The notes beneath the pieces are model-generated. The model was not told the DNA's origin, did not search any database, and saw nothing but the letters and a program-made list of their open reading frames with translations. Shown here in pieces: positions 54,668-63,404 of a stretch of 64,000 nt of DNA (positions within the stretch are counted from its first letter, which is position 1; the number at the start of each line of letters is the position of its first letter). Position numbers and translations under genes: made by a program. Source of the DNA: Candidatus Omnitrophota bacterium (lineage in GTDB: Bacteria; Omnitrophota; Gorgyraeia; Duberdicusellales; 4484-171); assembly GCA_024231025.1 (NCBI GenBank), contig JAAEQW010000256.1, positions 2,954 to 66,953 on the forward strand, given 5' to 3'.

Positions 54668-57600
54668 TTACATCGATAACTTTTTAAATAGATCGGTGAT
54701 TTCCTTTGAACCAAGTATTTTGTAGCCGAATCCGGGAAAATCCTTAATTGTTTGTTCGGAGGCCTTGTAAGTATGGAAGACCTTTAAACCTTTGCCTTTT
54801 ACAGTTATATTGCCTCTATCTGTTAAGTCAACGCCTCCAAGGGTGTCGCGCTCACCTTGATAGTTACTGTCTTGCCCGTATTCCTGTTTGATCCCCTCTA
54901 ATGCATCAGAGGTTGTACTTATGACTTCAACATCAGCCATATTTAAAGTTTTCAACATTTCCTCCAATGTTTCAGAAGAGTTCTCAATGAGAAGAGCCAA
55001 AGCTATATTTGAAATGAGACCCAGATCCTCTAATTCATCTTTCAAATCCCAGGGTGCTTCAGCCGATCCTTGAGCAAGAGATTCACCAAATAAATCAGAT
55101 AAGCGCTCTTCTTCATCGTTATCAATTCCAGAAAGGTCATGACCTTCTTGGCGAAGGTGTCTTATAAAAGCGTGAAATGTTTCATGACCGTCACGAAATC
55201 TCTTAGCAAAGTTAAGATCGATTTCTTTAGGGTCTTTATTAAGGCGCTTGGCTAGTTCAGGTATTTGATCTTCTAATTCTTCGTCGGAGGTGTAAATAGT
55301 TTGTTTACCGGTTGCTAAATTTTCAACCATCCAGCCAAAAGATTTTCCACCAAGCATCAACGGTTTCGCAATAACTTGCATCTGGCGCAGAATTGTTTTA
55401 GCCAGCGCTTTGTTTCCATTGGGGTGACTTTTCATAATTCCTGCTGCTTGAGGGATTGATTCTAAATATTCATGAGAGTAAGCAAAGCGGTATCCTTGGG
55501 CTCTATGAGCATGAGTTGCACCATCTTTAAAGCGGGCGTCTGTGGCTTTTTCAAAAGCAGCATTTATCGGACTGTTATTATAGTTATCCGAGGCTAAAGC
55601 TATTGCGGTGAGTCCGTCAATTACTTCTTTTTGTGCTAGAAGATTATGTATATTTTGTGCGCTTAAAAGTGCACACAATGCCTCAATTACTTTGTCGGCA
55701 CCGTTGTTGTTGTCGATAACATATTGAATTGCCTGAGGTAAAACTTTTTTTGCTGAATCTAGAGTATCAGATCCACCGTGTTTGCCACGTAGAAGATGTG
55801 AAAGAGCAATAGCAATATCCTCACTACCCCCTCGGATAATTGAATATGCATCATCGCTGGCAAGAAGATATCTTACTTCTTCTTCGCGGGTTTCCGGTTG
55901 CCAGCCTATTGCTTTAAGGCCTTGGGCAGAATTGAGACCAAAATTTTTGCTCTGATTACCTAATCCATGGCTTAGGGTTGAGGTGACGACGGCTCCAACG
56001 TCGTTAGGAAGACTCTTTTTTTGTGTTTTAGCTAGGGCAGCGCTAATGTAAAGAATAGCGAATTCTCTTTTTCTATCGTCTTTTTCATAAATAGGACGTC
56101 TGTAAACGTCTTTTCCGGGACCAATAATTTGAGCCAACCCAACAGGATTATGTCTGAGATAATTTTCGTAATCTGTTTCTTCGCCTCGAACGATCTGATA
56201 TAGTAAATCTAATCCACCCGGTACATCATTAATTAACTCCATCAATTTGGCTTCAGTGCTTTCGTCATAAAATATGTACCTATTATCGATGCCGATAGAC
56301 CCTTTGAAAATTTCAATAATTGCTTTTTTAGGGTCGGAAGGTAGCGCTAATGATTCTTTTATTGTGTATCCGGCTAGGGCGAGAGTCGCGGTACCCGCAA
56401 TACCTCCTCCAAGTTTTTTAAGAAAGTCACGTCGCGGCATACTCATGGTGTATGCTTGTTGCCCGGCTGCTCGCAGGCGTTCTTTAGTTTCTGCCATTTC
56501 CGCAGGAGTGCTTGATTTAACGATTATATCAACACCGAATCGCTGCTTGATTATTTTATCCAATTCGTAGGGGTCCTTGTTGTCGCTCAGATTTTGGTTT
56601 TGCAAGTATTCCCAGAGGTCACTTATTAGCGAAAGTCCGTTTTGTGATAAGTGAATGTTAATTTGTGCCTCCAAAGCGCTTATTCTTTCTTCATGTTGGG
56701 GCGGAATCTTATTGCGCCCTAGGGCCCAAGAAATCGCAAAGATGTCGGCTAATTTTTCATTATGTTCAAATCCAATAAGTTCAAAAATGAGGTGAGCGGT
56801 TTCATGACCGTCAATAAAACGAATTGCCATTTCAGGGGTAACCGTTACATCAGTTATTCCCAAACCCTCAAGAAGTTCTTGGAAATCTTGAATATATTCC
56901 TCAATAGTTTTATCGTTATGATGAATTGTTATACTGCCGTCAGCGCCGGGTACAAATAATCCCTGTAGATTGTCATTTAGCATTTTTTCCATCGCCTTTG
57001 TGCCTTCTGATCCAGATGCACCATCATTCTCAACGGGTTCAATAGATATTGATTCATCTGATACCCCTTCGCTGTCTTGAGTCCAGGTAACCTTAACTTG
57101 GCGGCCGCGATACCATGCCAATTGACTTAAAATTCTTTTTTTCTGCTCATCGGAAAGTGCCTCATTCTTTTCAACAGTATCCATAAGTTCTTCAGCTGTA
57201 TCTCTAAAATCAGCGTTGATGGTTACCAATACAATGTGAAATAGAAAAAACCCTGGCTTTGATTCTTCTTCAATCGCTATCGATTCATCTAATACCCCTT
57301 CGCTGCCTTGAGTCCAGGTAATTTTAACTTCATTCTTGCCAAGCTTTTTCAGATTTTCTAATATTATCTCCTTTTGCTTATCAGAAAGTGCCTCATTCTT
57401 TTTGATATCTTCCATAAGTTCTTCAGCTGTGCCTTTAAGATTGGCTTTTATGATCATTATTGGAGAGGTAAATATAACAGCACCTCGCTGATTATTATCT
57501 TCATAGACTACCTCTTGCTCGATGTGTGTTTCTTCTGATAGAGGCAGTGGTTCAATTTTGGCCATGTTTTTTGGGGTTGAAGCACAGGCGATTTCCAGTC

Positions 57601-58822
57601 CACCTGCGACTAAAACAACTGCAAGGTTAGTTAAAGGGTTTTTTTTCAATTTCTCTGCAACTTTACCAGATTTTCCAGCTAATGGTTGTCGACCTTTTTT
57701 TACAACATTGCCGGTTTTTTTAGCAAATTTGACACCGCCAGAGTAATAGCGGCGATTGATGTGTTTTTTGGAGGATGGGTCAAAATCTTTTTTGATGTAA
57801 TCGTAGACACCTTTTTTGTATGCTTGAAGGTATTGATCGTAAATTTTATTTTTTAATTCAGGGTCATTATGTTTTATGCTGTCTATCTTTTTCTGATCAG
57901 CGGAAAGTTGAGTTACAATATGTTCTTTTAGCTTTTGCTTAAACCAGGTAGCTAAAAGTAATGAGTGGTAAACTTGGCGGAGATGTGAGAAATTCTTACC
58001 ATAATTTACATCACGTTCGATTTCGGGCAAAACCTCTTCCTTAAGTATTTCTGAGGTTATTTCGTGTATTTTTTCTTTTTGTCCGGCGCTTGCTTTAGGC
58101 GATTGGCGCAGATGACTTTGGTTTTCCATTGCGAGATAATCTTGTTCCGACATTACCTTAAGATAGCTCTCAGTTATAATTGCTTTGTCGTCATCTTCGT
58201 ATATTGTGGCACTTTGGGGAACAATCCAAACTTTATTGAAGGTGTCTATTGGAATTTTAATTGTACCGAAAAGCTCGCTGGCTTTAGCATAAATTTTTTG
58301 CCAGTATTGTTTGCCGATTTTATTTTCAGGATAAGTTAAAGAGGCTGTTAATTGTTTTAGGACATAATCTTCACCAAGCATATCCGCGCCCATATCGGTT
58401 TGGGCGAGTGTTTCAGGAATGACGCGATCTTTTTCGTGAGGAGAAAGATTAACCCAAAGGTCGTCTTCGGGCATAGTTAACGCGGCAAGAAAATAGCGGA
58501 TTAGTGTGTTGCTTTCTTCTTTTAATTTTTCTTTACCGAAATTGCTATTTCCCGCATCAACAATGAATTCAAATTTAAAAGGGTCATCGCCAAATACTTT
58601 AATTCCTCGCAGTATTGGTGCATCAAACGCAACGCTTGCATCAATTAGCTTGGTGGGGGCGGACATGTAGGGCAGGGCAGAGGCGTAGGCTGACGATGTT
58701 TGCAGGGCCGGTGTGCGCATAATCAATGTGCTAATTCCCGCAAGCAGCACCCCTGATGCGATAAAAACTGCTAAAATCTTAAAGGAAATCGACCCTTTTC
58801 TAAGTACTGATAGTTTATGCAT
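54668..58822 (-). CDS. Giant (1384 aa) signal-anchored protein of unknown function, paralog B. It has a conserved N-terminal domain shared with 24043-27747, a tandem ~75-aa repeat, two DGHETxH motifs, and an internal Tat-like motif
   Basis: Uninterrupted ORF with an N-terminal TM helix (ILAVFIASGVLLAGISTLIM). Residues ~45-365 align with giant A. Confidence 0.6.
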   Translation of the reverse strand: MHKLSVLRKGSISFKILAVFIASGVLLAGISTLIMRTPALQTSSAYASALPYMSAPTKLIDASVAFDAPILRGIKVFGDDPFKFEFIVDAGNSNFGKEKLKEESNTLIRYFLAALTMPEDDLWVNLSPHEKDRVIPETLAQTDMGADMLGEDYVLKQLTASLTYPENKIGKQYWQKIYAKASELFGTIKIPIDTFNKVWIVPQSATIYEDDDKAIITESYLKVMSEQDYLAMENQSHLRQSPKASAGQKEKIHEITSEILKEEVLPEIERDVNYGKNFSHLRQVYHSLLLATWFKQKLKEHIVTQLSADQKKIDSIKHNDPELKNKIYDQYLQAYKKGVYDYIKKDFDPSSKKHINRRYYSGGVKFAKKTGNVVKKGRQPLAGKSGKVAEKLKKNPLTNLAVVLVAGGLEIACASTPKNMAKIEPLPLSEETHIEQEVVYEDNNQRGAVIFTSPIMIIKANLKGTAEELMEDIKKNEALSDKQKEIILENLKKLGKNEVKITWTQGSEGVLDESIAIEEESKPGFFLFHIVLVTINADFRDTAEELMDTVEKNEALSDEQKKRILSQLAWYRGRQVKVTWTQDSEGVSDESISIEPVENDGASGSEGTKAMEKMLNDNLQGLFVPGADGSITIHHNDKTIEEYIQDFQELLEGLGITDVTVTPEMAIRFIDGHETAHLIFELIGFEHNEKLADIFAISWALGRNKIPPQHEERISALEAQINIHLSQNGLSLISDLWEYLQNQNLSDNKDPYELDKIIKQRFGVDIIVKSSTPAEMAETKERLRAAGQQAYTMSMPRRDFLKKLGGGIAGTATLALAGYTIKESLALPSDPKKAIIEIFKGSIGIDNRYIFYDESTEAKLMELINDVPGGLDLLYQIVRGEETDYENYLRHNPVGLAQIIGPGKDVYRRPIYEKDDRKREFAILYISAALAKTQKKSLPNDVGAVVTSTLSHGLGNQSKNFGLNSAQGLKAIGWQPETREEEVRYLLASDDAYSIIRGGSEDIAIALSHLLRGKHGGSDTLDSAKKVLPQAIQYVIDNNNGADKVIEALCALLSAQNIHNLLAQKEVIDGLTAIALASDNYNNSPINAAFEKATDARFKDGATHAHRAQGYRFAYSHEYLESIPQAAGIMKSHPNGNKALAKTILRQMQVIAKPLMLGGKSFGWMVENLATGKQTIYTSDEELEDQIPELAKRLNKDPKEIDLNFAKRFRDGHETFHAFIRHLRQEGHDLSGIDNDEEERLSDLFGESLAQGSAEAPWDLKDELEDLGLISNIALALLIENSSETLEEMLKTLNMADVEVISTTSDALEGIKQEYGQDSNYQGERDTLGGVDLTDRGNITVKGKGLKVFHTYKASEQTIKDFPGFGYKILGSKEITDLFKKLSM
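57050..57470 (-). repeat. Intragenic tandem duplication (about 230-bp unit x2, roughly 80% identical) in giant gene B, encoding two roughly 75-aa modules
   Basis: Protein repeats TAEELMEDIKKNEALSDKQKEIILENLKKLGKNEVKITWTQGSEGVLDESIAIE and TAEELMDTVEKNEALSDEQKKRILSQLAWYRGRQVKVTWTQDSEGVSDESISIE. Confidence 0.8.
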
Positions 58823-58965
58823 AATTGCTCCTTTTTTGAAATAATATCCTATTACTCCTAATGTATACCATATTATGCGTGAAAAAACAAAGGCTTAAGG
58901 GGTGTAAAAAGATAACGTTTTCATGTAATTCTTTTGTGTTGCGTATTATTTAAAATTGCCAAAAG

Positions 58966-58996
58966 TAAATAATTCTTGCAAGAAAATAAGGTTTGT
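58966..58996. repeat. 31-bp direct repeat copy 2 (identical to 54575-54605), in the divergent region between giant gene B and apgM. It embeds the apgM -35
   Basis: Exact 31/31 match. TTGCAA (58976-58981), 17-nt spacer, TAAACT (58999-59004), ATG at 59014 (leaderless candidate). Confidence 0.85.
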
Positions 58997-59013
58997 ATTA
59001 AACTTTCTTAGGT

Positions 59014-60204
59014 ATGAAGTATATAGTTATAGTTTTAGATGGAGCCAGCGATCATCCTTTGGAAGTTTTAGGCGAGAAGACTCCCCTAGAGGTTGCGGAT
59101 ACTCCGCATATGGATAGCTTAGCGCATAAGGGTATTCTTGGGCGCACCAAGAATGTTCCGCGTGGGTTTCCCGCTTCAAGTGATGTGGCGAACCTCTCTT
59201 TGCTTGGTTATGATCCGCAAGAATATTATTGCGGTAGAGGGCCCTTGGAGGCAGCGAATTTGGGAGTCAAACTTGGCAAGGACGACTTAGCCTTTAGATG
59301 CAATTTGATTACCGAGACTGAAAACAGAGTTGTTGATTATAGTGCCGGTCACATTCCCAATAAAGAATCTAAAATATTGATGAAATATGTCAATGAAAAG
59401 CTGGGAAGCAAAGATATCGAATTCTACTCCGGTACCAGCTATAGAAATTTAATGGTTTTTCGCGGAGGGAAAAAATATAATCTCCAGGAAAGTAAATATT
59501 TTGCTCCGCATGATATTATGGGTAAAAAAATAAAACGCCATCTTCCTCGCGGTAAAAATATTAATCTGGTATCTGACCTGATGAATAAATCGCGCGAGGT
59601 TCTAAGTGCTCATGCAATAAATAAGGTACGTATCGATTTAGGGGAAAATCCTGCTAATATGATTTGGCTTTGGGGTGTTGGTGCAAAACCGGCGATGCCT
59701 GCCTTTAAAGAGAAATTCGGCATTAACGGTGCGGTTATCTCAGCGGTGGATCTTATAAAGGGTATCGGTAGAATTGTTGAAATGGATGTTATCGAAGTGG
59801 AAGGCGCAACCGGTTATTATGATACAAATTATCGTGGCAAAGCCGCCGCGGCCCTTAAAGCTTTAGAGAGCGTTGACTTTGTTTTTATTCATATTGAAGC
59901 ACCCGATGAAGCGGGGCACAACGGTGATTTAAGAATGAAGATTTCATGCATCGAGCGAATTGATAAGTTTATAGTTGGTACAGTTCTAGAAGGCATGCGT
60001 GGCAAGGATTTCAGAATTTTAGTTACTCCTGATCATCCTACGCCGGTTGAAAAAAGAACGCACACCGATGAGCCAGTTCCGTTTGTGCTTTACGGTCGCG
60101 AAATAGAACCAGGTGGATTTTCTTCTTATTCAGAGCTAGAGGCACAAAATTCAAGCCTTTATTTCGATAACGGCGCCGCTCTTATAAGGCACTTAATAGG
60201 ATAG
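59014..60204 (+). CDS. apgM: 2,3-bisphosphoglycerate-independent phosphoglycerate mutase, archaeal type
   Basis: N-terminus MKYIVIVLDGASDHPLEVLGEKTPLEVADTPHMDSLA is diagnostic of the ApgM family. Confidence 0.85.
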   Translation: MKYIVIVLDGASDHPLEVLGEKTPLEVADTPHMDSLAHKGILGRTKNVPRGFPASSDVANLSLLGYDPQEYYCGRGPLEAANLGVKLGKDDLAFRCNLITETENRVVDYSAGHIPNKESKILMKYVNEKLGSKDIEFYSGTSYRNLMVFRGGKKYNLQESKYFAPHDIMGKKIKRHLPRGKNINLVSDLMNKSREVLSAHAINKVRIDLGENPANMIWLWGVGAKPAMPAFKEKFGINGAVISAVDLIKGIGRIVEMDVIEVEGATGYYDTNYRGKAAAALKALESVDFVFIHIEAPDEAGHNGDLRMKISCIERIDKFIVGTVLEGMRGKDFRILVTPDHPTPVEKRTHTDEPVPFVLYGREIEPGGFSSYSELEAQNSSLYFDNGAALIRHLIG

Positions 60205-60272
60205 TGAGTATTAAAATTGCACAAAACGAAGCAGGAAACATTTTGCATTGACATTTTAATTTAGGAGCAAAG

Positions 60273-61502
60273 ATGAGTGGTAAATTAATCGTTAAAAAAT
60301 TTGGTGGTAGTTCGGTTGCAAATGTTGAGCGCCTCAGGCGAGTTGCTTTAAGAATAGTTGAAACTGCCAAAGGAGGAAATCACGTTGTTGTTGTGGTTTC
60401 AGCCATGGGGGATACAACCGATGAGTTAATTGAACTTTCCAAGAAAATTACCAAGAATCCTCCTGAACGTGAAATGGACATGTTAATGTCTACCGGTGAG
60501 CAGATTTCGTCTTCTTTGCTTTCAATGACAATTAATGAAATGGGCACCCGTGCCATTTCTTTTACCGGTTCTCAGGTTGGCATTATGACTGACGGTTTTC
60601 ATACTAGGGCGAAGGTTTTAAAGATAGAAACAAAAAGAATCAAAAAAGAAATAGCCGGTGGAAAAATAGTAATTATCGCTGGTTTCCAAGGTATGAATAA
60701 AGCCCGAGAGATTACAACTCTTGGTCGAGGCGGCTCAGATTTAAGCGCGGTGGCTTTAGCAGTTGCCTTAGGCGCTGATGTTTGTGAAATATATACCGAC
60801 GTTGAAGGGATTTATACCGCTGATCCCAGAGTAGTTAATAATGCGAAAAAGCTTAAATACATTACTTTTGATGAAATGCTTGAGCTAGCCGCCAGAGGTG
60901 CTCAAGTTATGCAGACAAGAGCGGTCGAGGTAGCAAAAAAGTTTAATTTGCCGTTGCACGTAAGAAGCAGTTTTTCCAAAAAGGAGGGAACAATAATTAT
61001 GAAAAAAACACCATACATAGAGGAACCAGTTGTAAGAGGAGTAACATTAACTGAGAGCGAGGCCAAAGTTACTATTGGGTCAGTTCCTGATAAGCCGGGC
61101 ATCGCGGCAAAGATTTTTACCGAGCTTGCCAAGAAAAATATAAATGTAGATATGATTGTTCAAAACGTCAGCCACAAAAAAACAACCGACATATCTTTCA
61201 CTACATTAAAAAGCACGCTTCCTAAGGCAATTAAAACAGCCAAAGAGATTGCTAAAAAAATAAAGGCCGGAATAATTAGCTTTGACAATGATATTGCGAA
61301 AGTGTCAGTTGTTGGTGTCGGGATGAAATCGCATTCCGGTGTTGCGGCAAAATGTTTTTCAATTCTAGCTAAAGGAAAAATTAATATTGATATGATTTCA
61401 ACGTCGGAGATCAGCATTTCCTGCACTGTTAAGAAAGAGGCGGGTAAAAAGGCGTTAAAGATTTTGCATAAGGAACTTAAGTTAAATAAGGTTAAGTCAT
61501 AA
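60273..61502 (+). CDS. lysC: Aspartate kinase
   Basis: LIVKKFGGSSVANVERLRRVA amino-acid kinase N-terminus and two C-terminal ACT domains. Confidence 0.9.
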   Translation: MSGKLIVKKFGGSSVANVERLRRVALRIVETAKGGNHVVVVVSAMGDTTDELIELSKKITKNPPEREMDMLMSTGEQISSSLLSMTINEMGTRAISFTGSQVGIMTDGFHTRAKVLKIETKRIKKEIAGGKIVIIAGFQGMNKAREITTLGRGGSDLSAVALAVALGADVCEIYTDVEGIYTADPRVVNNAKKLKYITFDEMLELAARGAQVMQTRAVEVAKKFNLPLHVRSSFSKKEGTIIMKKTPYIEEPVVRGVTLTESEAKVTIGSVPDKPGIAAKIFTELAKKNINVDMIVQNVSHKKTTDISFTTLKSTLPKAIKTAKEIAKKIKAGIISFDNDIAKVSVVGVGMKSHSGVAAKCFSILAKGKINIDMISTSEISISCTVKKEAGKKALKILHKELKLNKVKS

Positions 61503-61599
61503 ATAAAACGAAAAACTTAGAACGAAAAACTAAAAATCATAGCGTAAAATTTAAAACCATATAAGAATTAAGATGTAAAAAATGATTGCATGAATAACC

Positions 61600-61775
61600 A
61601 AGATACAAGATGCAATGACCCCGCCTGCCGGCGGGCAGGCAAACAATAACCAATAATCAATTTTTAATAACCAAACGGTTTGATAATTGAGTATTGAAAT
61701 TTGTTTGTAGCTTGTAACTTGCCTGCCCGCCGTATTGGCAGGCGGGTATCTTGTTTCTTGTATTGAAAATAACCA
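61600..61775. repeat. Palindromic AT-rich intergenic element, copy 3, with two embedded GC-rich hairpins that share identical stem halves
   Basis: Left arm CCAAGATACAAGAT; the right arm ATCTTGTTTCTTGT is its inverted copy. Hairpin 1 is GCCTGCC-ggcg-GGCAGGC (61633-61650). Hairpin 2 is GCCTGCC-cgccgtatt-GGCAGGC (61730-61752). Confidence 0.65.
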
Positions 61776-61832
61776 ACTTACGACTAAATATGGCTTTACG
61801 TTTTTAATTGTGTAAGTTTACCAGGAGCAATT

Positions 61833-63404
61833 ATGAAAATGGTATCCATTTACGATACAACTTTAAGGGATGGTTCACAAACCGAGGGGATATCTTACTC
61901 TTTGCAGGATAAGATTAACATAGTAAAGCGTTTAGATAGCATCGGCATTGATTTTATCGAAGGGGGTTGGCCATTTTCAAATCCTAAAGATACCCAGCTT
62001 TTTGCGCATTTTAAAAAAAAGAAACTCAAAAAATCAAAGCTGGTTCCTTTTGGTTCTACCGCGCGTTGGGGCAAAGCGGCGTCGATGGACAAAAACTTAT
62101 TGGCCCTAATTAAAACCGGAACCGAATATGTAACTATTTTTGGCAAGAGCTGGGACCTGCACGTTAAAACTGTTTTAAAGATAAGTTTAGATGATAACGT
62201 AAAATTAATTTCTGATAGCGTAAAATTTTTAAAGAAAAAAGGGAAAAAAGTGTTTTACGATGCCGAGCACTTTTTTGACGGATATAAGGCAAACCCCAAA
62301 TACGCCTTAAAGACTGTTCTTGCTGCCCAAGAGGCGGGCGCAGAATTAATTGTTTTTTGTGACACCAATGGTGGAATACTTTCCTGGGAGATTGAGCAAA
62401 TAATAAAGGAAGCCCAAGCCGCCGGCGTGAAGGGTTTTGGCATTCATTGTCATAACGATCTTGGCTTTGCTTTGGCTAATTCATTGGTTGCAGTTAATTT
62501 AGGAGCTTCGCAAGTGCAAGGAACCATAAACGGCTATGGCGAACGCTGCGGCAATGCCGATCTTATTGCGGCAATGGGAATACTAAAATTTAAGATGAAT
62601 CGAGGCCTAGCGGCAAGTAAAAAAATATCAGATTTAACTGAACTTTCACATTTTGTAAGTGAAGTTAGCAATATGGCTCACCGGGATAGTTATCCACTGG
62701 TAGGCAGAAGTGCTTTTGCGCATAAGGGAGGAGTGCATATTGATGCAATGATTAAGAATCCTCTTGCTTATGAGCACATGAACCCATCTTTGGTGGGTAA
62801 TCACCGAAGATTTCTAGTTTCAGAATTAGCAGGAAAAGCCTCGTTAGTTGCTAAAGCAAAAGAGCTCGAATATGATTTAGATAAGAAATCACCAAAAGCA
62901 AAAAGACTGCACAAACGCATTCAGGAATTAGAAAAACAAGGTTATCACTTTGAAGCAGCCGAAGGATCTTTTAAGTTACTACTTAAAAAAGAGTTTAAGG
63001 AATACCGAAAGTTTTTTGATCTTTTGGGATTTAAGGTTTCTGTAGAGAAGCGTGAAGATAACAGTCTTATTTCTGAAGCCGCAATCAAACTAAAAGTAAA
63101 AGGAAAGCTTCAGCATACCGCTGCCGAAGGTGATGGTCCGGTTAATGCGCTTGATAATGCTCTTCGTAAAGCTTTGCTTGGAGTGTACCCGTCACTTTCT
63201 AAAATGCATTTAGCCGATTTTAAAGTTCGGGTGCTCGACGATAAAACCGGTACTGCGGCCAAAGTGCGTGTTTTAATCGAATCACAAGACACAAAAGAAA
63301 GCTGGGCAACAGTTGGTGTTTCAGAAAATATCATTGAAGCGTCTTGGCAGGCTTTAGTTGATTCGGTAGAATACAAGCTTCTAAAAGACTCCAAAAATAA
63401 TTAA
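61833..63404 (+). CDS. 2-isopropylmalate synthase / (R)-citramalate synthase family enzyme
   Basis: HMGL-like TIM barrel (VSIYDTTLRDGSQTEG...; HCHNDLGFALANSL) plus the LeuA-type C-terminal regulatory domain. AGGAG Shine-Dalgarno. Confidence 0.8.
   Translation: MKMVSIYDTTLRDGSQTEGISYSLQDKINIVKRLDSIGIDFIEGGWPFSNPKDTQLFAHFKKKKLKKSKLVPFGSTARWGKAASMDKNLLALIKTGTEYVTIFGKSWDLHVKTVLKISLDDNVKLISDSVKFLKKKGKKVFYDAEHFFDGYKANPKYALKTVLAAQEAGAELIVFCDTNGGILSWEIEQIIKEAQAAGVKGFGIHCHNDLGFALANSLVAVNLGASQVQGTINGYGERCGNADLIAAMGILKFKMNRGLAASKKISDLTELSHFVSEVSNMAHRDSYPLVGRSAFAHKGGVHIDAMIKNPLAYEHMNPSLVGNHRRFLVSELAGKASLVAKAKELEYDLDKKSPKAKRLHKRIQELEKQGYHFEAAEGSFKLLLKKEFKEYRKFFDLLGFKVSVEKREDNSLISEAAIKLKVKGKLQHTAAEGDGPVNALDNALRKALLGVYPSLSKMHLADFKVRVLDDKTGTAAKVRVLIESQDTKESWATVGVSENIIEASWQALVDSVEYKLLKDSKNN

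Noticed and set aside
56438-56446. Possibility that giant ORF B is really two genes, with a second Tat-exported protein starting at MSMPRRDFLKK
   Set aside because: There is no stop codon between the halves and no recognisable Shine-Dalgarno ahead of M793/M795. It is kept as one ORF and the internal motif is flagged as a finding.
60205-60272. Searched upstream of lysC and leuA for a lysine riboswitch or T-box leader
   Set aside because: The lysC spacer is only 68 nt, and neither region contains the conserved L-box or T-box core sequences. The leuA upstream structure is instead the palindromic element described in the findings.
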